A stretch of 32,000 nucleotides of DNA from Guillardia theta nucleomorph (taxonomy: Eukaryota > Protista > Cryptophyta), in NCBI GenBank assembly GCA_000002975.1, contig AF083031.2, positions 90,001 through 122,000 of the forward strand, read 5' to 3'. The translations under genes were made by a program, and so were the position numbers. The notes below the pieces were generated by a model. It was not told the DNA's origin. It saw only the letters and a list, made by a program, of their open reading frames with translations, and ran no database searches. Below, piece by piece: positions 11,614 through 20,092 of the stretch (its first letter is position 1; each line of letters opens with the position of its first letter).

Positions 11614-12630
11614 TTAAAAACATAATTTCATATAAATTCCTGAAAAAAAATTTCTGTAATTACAATGAATTAAACAATTTAAACCATTAAAATTTCTTAA
11701 GATTGTTGAGTTGTTTTGAACGATTAACTCCTGGGTTTTATCATTTAGTTTTAAATTAAACATATTCAAATAATTAGATACCAAAAAAATAACAATAATT
11801 TTAGTTAAATTCTTTGGAATTTGTAACAAATATCCAATTTTCCAATAAGTTATCTTTTTAAAATTTTTCAAAGAAAATAAAATTTTCAAAAAATTATATT
11901 TTATTCTATTTCTAGAGGATTTTAAAATTTCATTTTTAACAATTAAAAATTTTAATTTTATAATTTTATCACTAGAATGATTTCTCATCCTTAAAAATTT
12001 AATTTCATTGTCCCAATTATTAAAAATAAAGTTTTTGCAACGAGAAATTTTATATTTATTTGAATTATTGATAAATTCAAAAGTAATCAAACTTTGGAAT
12101 TTAAAAAAATCAAATAAAAAACTTCTTGTAATTATCTTATTGTTTGAGTAATCTAATGAAGTTTTCATTTTAATATTAACATTTGGATGCAAAAAATAAT
12201 TTGTAACATTAGTAGAATATTTAAAATCAAATTTTCTTAAAATCTTACATTTGATACGTTGGCTCTTTATCACAATTGAATCAGATATTAAATTTTTTAA
12301 AAATATCAATTCCAATTCTATGCAATTAAATTTTGAATTTAAAGCTAAATTTTCTACTAAAGCCAAATATCGATCTTCTCTGTAAAATAAGCTATATTTG
12401 AAAATTAAAATAACCAAAACCATTTTTAACCTGACACCAAAACATGAACTCAAAATAAATTCGATTCCGAATAACTTGTAAATATTTACACCTACCATTA
12501 GCAATAAATTATTTAAATATGAAATAGATAAATTGAGGCAATTTTTTATTATTTTAAATAAATCTAAAAATAATTCATAAATTTGATAGAAGTATGAAGA
12601 ATTAAGTAATTTTGATATATTACTGTACAT
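11614..12630 (-). CDS. divergent PCI-domain protein, eIF3m-like
   Basis: C-terminal ITYWKIGYLLQIP...LKLNDKTQELIVQNNSTILRNF resembles the eIF3m PCI winged helix (ISFDTMQQELQI...KIDQTQRKVVVSHSTHRTF). The ORF is solid; the family is inferred. Confidence 0.45.
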   Translation of the reverse strand: MYSNISKLLNSSYFYQIYELFLDLFKIIKNCLNLSISYLNNLLLMVGVNIYKLFGIEFILSSCFGVRLKMVLVILIFKYSLFYREDRYLALVENLALNSKFNCIELELIFLKNLISDSIVIKSQRIKCKILRKFDFKYSTNVTNYFLHPNVNIKMKTSLDYSNNKIITRSFLFDFFKFQSLITFEFINNSNKYKISRCKNFIFNNWDNEIKFLRMRNHSSDKIIKLKFLIVKNEILKSSRNRIKYNFLKILFSLKNFKKITYWKIGYLLQIPKNLTKIIVIFLVSNYLNMFNLKLNDKTQELIVQNNSTILRNFNGLNCLIHCNYRNFFSGIYMKLCF

Positions 12631-12682
12631 AATATCTAAATGATTATTAAGAAAAATATGTTAACTTGTTTATAACTTTATT

Positions 12683-13039
12683 ATGCAAGATGCCAAATTG
12701 AGACTCTTTGATTTAAAAACTTCAGGTCGATCTCTGGGATCACTATATAAATGGAATTTTAGGAAAAAAAAAATTTCAAAAAAAAAATCTATTAGTAATT
12801 TTAAGAAAAAAATTAAAAGTTCTGTTTTAAAATGTAATAATGTTATTAAAAACAAAAAAAAATTTTTTCAAATTTTTAAAAGGTTAATTTATTTTAAAAA
12901 AAAATGCCTTGTAATACCTAAAAGTCTTCATTGTATTAGTATCCTTAAAGTTAAAAATAAAAATATTTTAAAAGATATTTTTTATTTTAAACTTTTTTTA
13001 TTAAAATTAAGAGAAGAAATTAATTTTAATTTTTTTTAA
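12683..13039 (+). CDS. hypothetical basic protein, 118 aa
   Basis: ATG-initiated ORF divergent from the PCI gene; Lys-rich; no motif. Confidence 0.5.
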   Translation: MQDAKLRLFDLKTSGRSLGSLYKWNFRKKKISKKKSISNFKKKIKSSVLKCNNVIKNKKKFFQIFKRLIYFKKKCLVIPKSLHCISILKVKNKNILKDIFYFKLFLLKLREEINFNFF

Positions 13040-13089
13040 TTTCTAGGAAAAAAAAAATATTAATATAATTTACTTCATAGTTTTTAATA

Positions 13090-13205
13090 GTTTCCATTAT
13101 ATAACATGGGCGACGCGTGATTAGGGGGATGATTAATCAATGTGAGCTAAGAACATCATAGTTGTAATTATACATAATAGGATACATTTTGATTTGATCT
13201 GAAGT
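13090..13205. ncRNA. candidate small structured RNA (unassigned)
   Basis: Non-coding, locally GC-rich; three short inverted repeats; GATGATT (13128-13134) ... CTGA (13199-13202) box C/D-like spacing on +. Confidence 0.25.
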
Positions 13206-13256
13206 GTTTTATTAAGTTGAAAGTTATTTTAGAGTTAATTCTTTTTTTATTCTTGG

Positions 13257-13739
13257 TTAGTGTGAGACTTGGATCTGTTTTACAACATGATATCCTTCTC
13301 CTGCAGATACATAATCAGGTGGAACCCATATCATCCATTCCCATATGGTGTAAATCACGATTATGATAAAAAAAGCAGATTTCGCCTTTATAACCCTAAG
13401 CTCACGAGACAGAACATTGAAAATTTGTGCAGAATCAAGCTGATGCTTCCCTTCGTACCACTGTGCAAAATTGTAAAATATGAATGGAAAATTTAAGAAG
13501 CCAACAATCCACCAACCTCTTATCACAAATGCAATGGATAAAAAAAGATGGGCCAGATATTCAGGAACTTTGAGTTGATTTACTTTGTCACACACTTCTA
13601 CAGGGTTGACTGTATCAGTACTGAGATCTTGCAATAATTTATAAGTGTAGCCTAGGCAGATAATCACCATAAAAGTACTAACCAGACCCATTGATACCAG
13701 GATATGATTAGGAATAAAAGTCCTTGGTTCGTTGTACAT
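13257..13739 (-). CDS. cornichon/Erv14 family ER cargo receptor, 160 aa
   Basis: ATG at 13739; LQDLSTDTVNPVEVCDKVNQLKVPEYLAHLFLS...GWWIVGFLNFPFIFYN...DSAQIFNVL matches cornichon (DLExDYINPxxxCxxLNxxVxPE...W...LNxP..YN...DxTEIF); three hydrophobic segments. Confidence 0.9.
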   Translation of the reverse strand: MYNEPRTFIPNHILVSMGLVSTFMVIICLGYTYKLLQDLSTDTVNPVEVCDKVNQLKVPEYLAHLFLSIAFVIRGWWIVGFLNFPFIFYNFAQWYEGKHQLDSAQIFNVLSRELRVIKAKSAFFIIIVIYTIWEWMIWVPPDYVSAGEGYHVVKQIQVSH

Positions 13740-13844
13740 GTTGAGTATTAACAGTATTTGGTTAATTATAAAATGTATTGAAAACAACTGTCTTAAATAA
13801 CTTCCCTGGTGATTTCTTGCGTAGTAGATTTATTGAGTTAAAGA

Positions 13845-15196
13845 ATGTCAAGAATATACAATATTCAAAAATTAAACGTGTATAATACAAATAAAATTAA
13901 TTTTTTAGGTACTTATAATTATTTACAGTCGTTTTTGGTTAATATCATGTCTAATTATAATCCGATTTCAAAAAACAAAATTATAAATCTTATAGGATTC
14001 TATTCTAATAAAATCTTTAAATGTATAATTACCAAATTTTATAAGTATAAAATTTTTGGATTTTTTTATAAGAATAATGTATTTATGTTTTTCATAAAAA
14101 ATTTTTTAAAAAATTTATTCCTTAAGAATATATATAATAAAACTAATTTTTTTTCAAATTTTAAGAGAAATTTAAAAATTATTAACATCATCTATTTAAA
14201 CAACATTTTATTTGAAATTAAGTCTTCGACGTCAAGAAGCATTTTGAATCTAATCTTTTTTCTAAGATAAAAAGATATCCAAATCTAACCTTTTCAAGAT
14301 TTTTATTTTCCCTAAATTTTATAGATTTTGATTATTCTAATAATTCTTTAATTTATAAAAAAAAAGGTCTTAAATTTATCTTCTATATTATAAATAACAA
14401 TTTAATTGATAAATATATTAACTTAAATTCAAGGCTAAGATTATATTTAACAAAAATTGATAATTATCCTAATTTTGTAATAAATACATTTAGATCTAAT
14501 GAATATAATACTACAATAGCCAATTTAGATAAAATATATTATGATCTTTCATTAAATAGCTTAAAACATAAATATTTAGTATTTGAATTTGATAATAAAA
14601 TAAGCAGCTCTAACCATAGAATTAATATTTATTATCAACATTTGTGTGGTGTGATGCCTCCATGTTTTTATAATATGGGTTTAATAAATTTAACAGGAAA
14701 GAAAACTATTCAAATTTCTAATAAAATTATAAATTTAGAAAAAAATGGAATTATAATACAGAAAAAAAAAACAGAAAGATTTAAAATTATTATTGAAGTT
14801 AATTTTAGGATATACATATTCAAATATTTTGATTTTTCAAATTCTTTTTTCAAATTTATTAGCAAAAAAATTTATTCTTTACCTTATTTTTATGTTGGTG
14901 AAATAAATGAAAATTATTCACGTAGATTATTTCAGTTAGGGGTTACATCAGATAACATATTAAAATTTATAAAGAAAAATTTACACTACACATGCAATAA
15001 AATACCATCTACTTTTGAAGATAGATTAAGAATTTGGGAAATATCTTTTAAAAAAAAATATTTTTTTGGGGGATTTTTGATGAGAAATTATAATTCTAAT
15101 ATATTTTTTAGCTTGAAAAAAACAAAATCGATTTCATATGTTAAAACTAAAAAACACTTAGCTATCATAAGTAAAATTCCAATTAATTATTATTAA
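13845..15196 (+). CDS. tfb2: TFIIH subunit Tfb2/p52, split by a -1 frameshift (ORF 13845-14270 plus a frame open 14222-15196)
   Basis: IIIEVNFRIY...GEINENYSRRLFQLGVTSDNILKFI...IPSTFEDRLRIWE matches Tfb2 (IVVETNYRLY...GITAQQIIHFL...PPTITDQIRLWE). That frame is open back to 14222, with no ATG in its first 140 codons; joined product is 450 aa. Confidence 0.75.
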
Positions 15197-15404
15197 AACT
15201 AATAAACAAAATATTATTACAACGTATTAAAACTAAACCTAAAAAACCTAAATTTTGTTCAGTAATTACTTCTGAGCATGAATCTAAAATTATATTCATA
15301 TAATTATCTGAACCAATAAATATACCTGTGTATGATGATCCCCACTTAAGTTTAACAAAGACATTTTTATTATAATTATTATTTAAAATATTTTTAGGAT
15401 TCAT
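15183..15404 (-). CDS. SmF: snRNP core protein SmF
   Basis: NPK...VKLKWG...DNYMN...LGLVLIRCNNILFI; 3' end overlaps the tfb2 3' end by 14 nt. Confidence 0.93.
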   Translation of the reverse strand: MNPKNILNNNYNKNVFVKLKWGSSYTGIFIGSDNYMNIILDSCSEVITEQNLGFLGLVLIRCNNILFISFNNN

Positions 15405-15406
15405 TA

Positions 15407-15479
15407 AGCTACATGGCGCAGTGGTTAGCGTGCTGGGCCCATAACCCAGAGGTCTAAGGTTCGAATCCTTGTGTAGCTA
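15407..15479 (+). tRNA. initiator tRNA-Met(CAT)
   Basis: AGCTACA/TGTAGCT acceptor stem (A1:U72), CTGGG/CCCAG anticodon stem with 3 G:C pairs, loop CCCATAA (C33), T-arm TAAGG-TTCGAAT-CCTTG. Confidence 0.95.
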
Positions 15480-15501
15480 ATTACAGCTTATTCAAAATTA
15501 T

Positions 15502-18039
15502 ATGTGGTATAAACAGATATTTATTAAATTTACTAAAGTATTTTTTTTTTCAAAAAAGAGCATAATAAATTTCCAAAATTTGAAAATTATAATTTTTAGA
15601 AAATCTTACTTGGAAACCACTAAAAAATTAATATATTTAAAACATCATAATTTGAAAAGAAAATTAATAATAAAACACGTTTTTTTTAATAAAAAACTTA
15701 ATTTAATTAGGAAAAAAAATTTTATAAATTATCAAAAGGATAGATTGAGTTTTTTATTTAAGAAAAAAGAGATTAAAGATGTTTTTAGGAGAATTTCAAA
15801 AAAAAAAAAACTTTCATTGAACAAATTACATTACAAAAAAATTTCGAGTGATCTTATAATTAGGTTATATTATAATAAGAAAGGATTAAAAGCTTTTCCA
15901 TTTACCAATTTATGGATACATTGCATAAAATTTATAAGTATGTTAAAATTAGATACTAAGAAGCTATTTTCACAAATTCAAATGTTCATTTTCCTAATAT
16001 TATCAAGGTTATTCAGTCTAGATATATTTACAATTATAAATAATAGGTTTTTAAACCTATTTTCTTTTAGAAATGAATGTAATCTTTCACTTTTAAAATT
16101 TAATGAAAATTATTTTACAAAAAAATTTATAAATAAAAAAATACTGACTAAAGTTAAAATTCAAAATAACCGTTATAAAATAATAGACACTGACGAAGTT
16201 GTAGATATTATTCTATATAACAGATCAGGAAATTTAATTAATATCATTAACAAAAATGAAATAAATAATTCTAGAGTATCAAATTATTTTTCTCGAAAAT
16301 ATTACCAGCAGGTAGTATTGTTAAATAAACATTTGAATAATAAATTCAACGAAGTTAATTATTTATATTATTGTTTTACATTAATTAAGGTAAACTTAAA
16401 CTATTCAAAGTATTTAACAAAATCTACAAAATTTTCAAAATTCAATCAAGATACTGTATTTAAAATATTTCTATGGAACGATTGGGTAATTAACACAACA
16501 ATGTGCTATATTTATTCAAATAATAAATCTTATTATTTATTTGTACTTAAAGCCTTTCATAATATTTTTTTTACTAATTGCAAACAAATTCTAAAGATAT
16601 TTGAATTGATTACAAATAAAAATATTGAAAAATTGATATTAATGATGAAAAAATTAAAGAAAAGATTGAAAAGTTGGGTGACTACATTAAAAAAAAGATA
16701 TCTAGATCTTTTTACATTAAAAAGAAAATTGATTTCTTTAAATGATAGTAAAAAAAAATTTCAAAAATTTACCAAGAATATTAAATTTACATCTTTCGTT
16801 ATACATTACTTCAATAATTTTATAAATAATTATTTTTCCTTAATACAAAGAAATATTAACGAATTTAATCATGATTTAATATTTAAGCATTTTAACGAAT
16901 TCTTTCAGGCTAATCATAATAAAGAATTAAATAATACTATTGTAACCAAATCTATTATCAATACCATATGTATATTTAGTTATAATAAAAATAATAAAAT
17001 ATCTTTGTTTTATAATTCTAAAAAACAAGATGGTTTTTTTAATAGAATATCAAATGTAAATTCTAATAACTTCGAAATTTTTTATTGCATTCTTTGTAAG
17101 CTAAAAATAAAAAATTTGATTATGGATAATTCTTGGAAAAATCAATTTATATTTCAAAAAAGGTTTCGACAAATATTAAATTCGTCGTTATTGTTTAATA
17201 AGCTATTAAAAAAATATAAATATAAAACAGTTTTCAATTTTCATAAAATTCAATTTGATTTATTTCTAAAATCAATTGATTCTCATTCAAAAGTTCATAA
17301 AAAATTAGAATTCACATTTCTGATTGTTAGATGGATTGTTAATTTTGGAAGTTTTTATTTGTTATTATTGCAGGATAATAAAATTGTTTTTAATATATTT
17401 AGAGAAAAATTTTATTTATTTGAAATTAATTATAAATATTTTCAAGATATAATAAATAATACACTCAAAACTTATTTTTATTTGAAAAACTTCAATTTTC
17501 TAATAGAAAAATGGAATTCCATAATTTTCAAATTCCAGCTTTCTTGTAATAGTTTTAAAATTATTAAATTGTTAATTCAAGAAAATAAATCTATCATCGA
17601 AAATTTTCTTAAAAAAAATTTAACTGAAATATCTATTAAATTTGATGTAATATCCAAGATTCTTAATTTTGATATAATGTCACTTAATAATTTAGTTTCA
17701 AAAAAAAATTATTGCTTAACTTTTAAAACGTTTAATATTTATAAAAAGACTTACGAGGTCATTAATTACTTCTTTTACTATTCAAGGTCATTAACACAAA
17801 CTTTTAATGATTTAAATATTTACAATAGTGTAATTTATTCTGGGAAAAAAAAAAAAATTTCTAATAAACTAATGAAAGGATTCTATTCTCATGATTTTAC
17901 TTATCATTTGATTTTACCTAGGAAAAGCGCTTTTGATATAAAATTTTTTAAGCTTTCTCTAAAATCAATTGATACAATACCTTTATCAATCGTCTCAGTT
18001 TTTCCTAAAATTTTCCATGTTAAGTGTTCATTTCTTTAA
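15502..18039 (+). CDS. hypothetical protein, 845 aa (weak eIF3a-like hints)
   Basis: Long ATG-initiated ORF; only faint motif resemblance. Confidence 0.75.
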   Translation: MWYKQIFIKFTKVFFFSKKSIINFQNLKIIIFRKSYLETTKKLIYLKHHNLKRKLIIKHVFFNKKLNLIRKKNFINYQKDRLSFLFKKKEIKDVFRRISKKKKLSLNKLHYKKISSDLIIRLYYNKKGLKAFPFTNLWIHCIKFISMLKLDTKKLFSQIQMFIFLILSRLFSLDIFTIINNRFLNLFSFRNECNLSLLKFNENYFTKKFINKKILTKVKIQNNRYKIIDTDEVVDIILYNRSGNLINIINKNEINNSRVSNYFSRKYYQQVVLLNKHLNNKFNEVNYLYYCFTLIKVNLNYSKYLTKSTKFSKFNQDTVFKIFLWNDWVINTTMCYIYSNNKSYYLFVLKAFHNIFFTNCKQILKIFELITNKNIEKLILMMKKLKKRLKSWVTTLKKRYLDLFTLKRKLISLNDSKKKFQKFTKNIKFTSFVIHYFNNFINNYFSLIQRNINEFNHDLIFKHFNEFFQANHNKELNNTIVTKSIINTICIFSYNKNNKISLFYNSKKQDGFFNRISNVNSNNFEIFYCILCKLKIKNLIMDNSWKNQFIFQKRFRQILNSSLLFNKLLKKYKYKTVFNFHKIQFDLFLKSIDSHSKVHKKLEFTFLIVRWIVNFGSFYLLLLQDNKIVFNIFREKFYLFEINYKYFQDIINNTLKTYFYLKNFNFLIEKWNSIIFKFQLSCNSFKIIKLLIQENKSIIENFLKKNLTEISIKFDVISKILNFDIMSLNNLVSKKNYCLTFKTFNIYKKTYEVINYFFYYSRSLTQTFNDLNIYNSVIYSGKKKKISNKLMKGFYSHDFTYHLILPRKSAFDIKFFKLSLKSIDTIPLSIVSVFPKIFHVKCSFL

Positions 18040-18113
18040 AAATATATATTACAATTGTTTAAATTTTAATTTATATTTTTTATATTTGATAGATAAGACT
18101 AAAAACTATTAAG

Positions 18114-19301
18114 ATGAATTATAAAAGTAAACTAGTCTATTTCGGACATCCATTATTATTATTTTCAGAATCTCTAATTTATATTTTAAAAAGAATATCT
18201 ATGATATTTAAATTTTTTTTTAAATTGGTTAAATTTAAAAATGAACAAAATTCTGGTAATTATACAAGAAAGTTTAAAGATTTTCATAAATTAAAATTAG
18301 ATTTTTTTATTCACAAAATAATTTATAATAATATCTCATCAAATAGATTAGACAGTTTTACTTTAAAAAATTCAAATTATATTTCTTTAAACTATAATCT
18401 CAAATCAAATTCATTATCAGATTTTGTAATAAATTGGAAAAATAGATTCAATTCATGTATTAAACTCAGAAAGGGATCGATGAAATCTATTTTTTCTCTA
18501 GATAATTCTTTTATATATTCTATAATTGATTATAAAAATATTGAAATATTTAATTTAAATAAAGGAATAATTTCATATAAGTTTAATTTAAATAATAGTT
18601 ATATTAGAAATGTTACTGAAAAAACAAAAAATTTCAACTTATTGGCAATTACTACAAAATTTTCAATGAAATTATTTAAATTTTCACAAAATTTTTATAA
18701 AATCGAAAATTTAAGTTTAAAAAAAATAGAATCAATTAATACGATAAATTTAAGATATCTTGATGACAAATTAGATTTAATATGTGATAAAAATTTATGG
18801 AAAGTTTATGATTTGAATAAAGGAAAATATGAAACAATAAAATCATTTGGAGGTTCCATAGCTTTTTTTAAAAGTAGTAAATACAAAAATATTTCAACTG
18901 TTGTTAATAGAAATAGGCTATTGATTATTGATCATAGGATAAAGTCGATTGTTGAAAGTATAATTTTGGACTTTGTACCAATTTGCTTATGTTGGGGTTG
19001 GAATGAAAATTATTTAATTCTTAATAGCAATACAAAAACTTACGAACTAACTTTTAAGACAATGTCGTTGATAAAGAAATATTACCTAAGTAATCAAAAG
19101 ATAAGTTATATAAATGATTTTTCGAAAGATTTTATTGGGAGCAACATTTTAAGAGAAAATATTTTTCAGATTGTAGATAAGTTTAATATTGATAAACGAT
19201 TTAATTTAAAATATTCATGTTCATTAAAATTTTTAGATAGTTCTGGTGATCTTAAAAGAATATTATTTAGTTCTAATAAATATAGAATAATTATAGCATG
19301 A
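18114..19301 (+). CDS. prp4: U4/U6 snRNP protein Prp4-like (SFM motif plus degenerate WD40)
   Basis: N-terminal KSKLVYFGHPLLLFSES..ILKRI resembles the SFM motif (LRALGEPITLFGE...RERL); LWKVYDLNKG, LIIDHRIKS, CLCWGWNENYL are WD-like. Confidence 0.6.
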   Translation: MNYKSKLVYFGHPLLLFSESLIYILKRISMIFKFFFKLVKFKNEQNSGNYTRKFKDFHKLKLDFFIHKIIYNNISSNRLDSFTLKNSNYISLNYNLKSNSLSDFVINWKNRFNSCIKLRKGSMKSIFSLDNSFIYSIIDYKNIEIFNLNKGIISYKFNLNNSYIRNVTEKTKNFNLLAITTKFSMKLFKFSQNFYKIENLSLKKIESINTINLRYLDDKLDLICDKNLWKVYDLNKGKYETIKSFGGSIAFFKSSKYKNISTVVNRNRLLIIDHRIKSIVESIILDFVPICLCWGWNENYLILNSNTKTYELTFKTMSLIKKYYLSNQKISYINDFSKDFIGSNILRENIFQIVDKFNIDKRFNLKYSCSLKFLDSSGDLKRILFSSNKYRIIIA

Positions 19302-19371
19302 CGTTGCTAGTTTACTGGTAAAATGCGTCTTTGCCATAGATGAGTACCGGGTTCGATTCCCGGGCAGCGTA
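19301..19371 (+). tRNA. tRNA-Gly(GCC)
   Basis: ACGTTGC/GCAGCGT acceptor, CGTCT-TTGCCAT-AGATG anticodon arm, CCGGG-TTCGATT-CCCGG T arm. Confidence 0.95.
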
Positions 19372-19373
19372 TA

Positions 19374-20060
19374 TCAGAAGGTTTCTAAATTATATAAAGT
19401 TACTGAAAACCTAAAAAACTTATTTGTTAAGGAAGTTTTTTTTTCAAAAATAATTATTGATTGAACTAATAAATTTCGAATTTGACCATTGAAATTGAAA
19501 TATATAATTTCATTCAAATTCATATCGTTTCTAATTATATCGAATGATCCATTAGAGTAATAAAATTCTTTATTCGTTGGATCAGCTATTATGTATTTTC
19601 CAAACATTGCCAAATTATTGGTAATAAAAATTTTTTTATAAGGTAATCTTGAATTCAAAATTGTAAAAAAAATACTTGAAAGTATACCATGGTAATTTAG
19701 ATTATAATTACTTAACATATTTAAGTAGATAACGAGAACGTTTTTTTTTAGTAAGTTTATCAACAATAAATTGTTAACAACTGATTTTATGATTCTTTTT
19801 GTTCTATTATTTATAAAAGATAATGATGAAAAAGAATGATATAATTTTAAACGAACAATCAAATTGGTATTGGGCTTATGAAAATTATTATTCTTTCTAA
19901 AATTAAACTTTTTAGGACCATAAAGAGCAACAATAATTATATCAAATGATTTTTCGTATACTATTGAATTATATGCTGAAGGAATTATCTCACTTGTAAT
20001 TTTTACATTACAATATTCTGACAATTCTCGTCCATCGGTTCTTATTCTTAAATTAATCAT
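19374..20060 (-). CDS. rrp41: exosome RNase PH subunit, Rrp41-like
   Basis: RTDGRELSEY, SAYNSIVYE, IIVALYGPK, IIADPTNKE. Confidence 0.7.
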   Translation of the reverse strand: MINLRIRTDGRELSEYCNVKITSEIIPSAYNSIVYEKSFDIIIVALYGPKKFNFRKNNNFHKPNTNLIVRLKLYHSFSSLSFINNRTKRIIKSVVNNLLLINLLKKNVLVIYLNMLSNYNLNYHGILSSIFFTILNSRLPYKKIFITNNLAMFGKYIIADPTNKEFYYSNGSFDIIRNDMNLNEIIYFNFNGQIRNLLVQSIIIFEKKTSLTNKFFRFSVTLYNLETF

Positions 20061-20092
20061 AAAAATAGATATTTAATTAATTTATAAGTATT

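Noticed and set aside
13071-13202. Specific assignment as U3 snoRNA
   Set aside because: No box A GATC or box C', and the A'-to-B spacing is far too short; kept only as an unassigned candidate
13799-13824. AACTTCCCTGG (like the U1 5' end) and TTCTTGCGTAG (could pair with conserved U6 CUGCGCAAGGA, like U4 stem II)
   Set aside because: The U1-like motif lacks the ACTTAC needed to pair with GTAAGT; no U4 stem I (TGCTAA) or kink-turn follows; an snRNA here would run into tfb2
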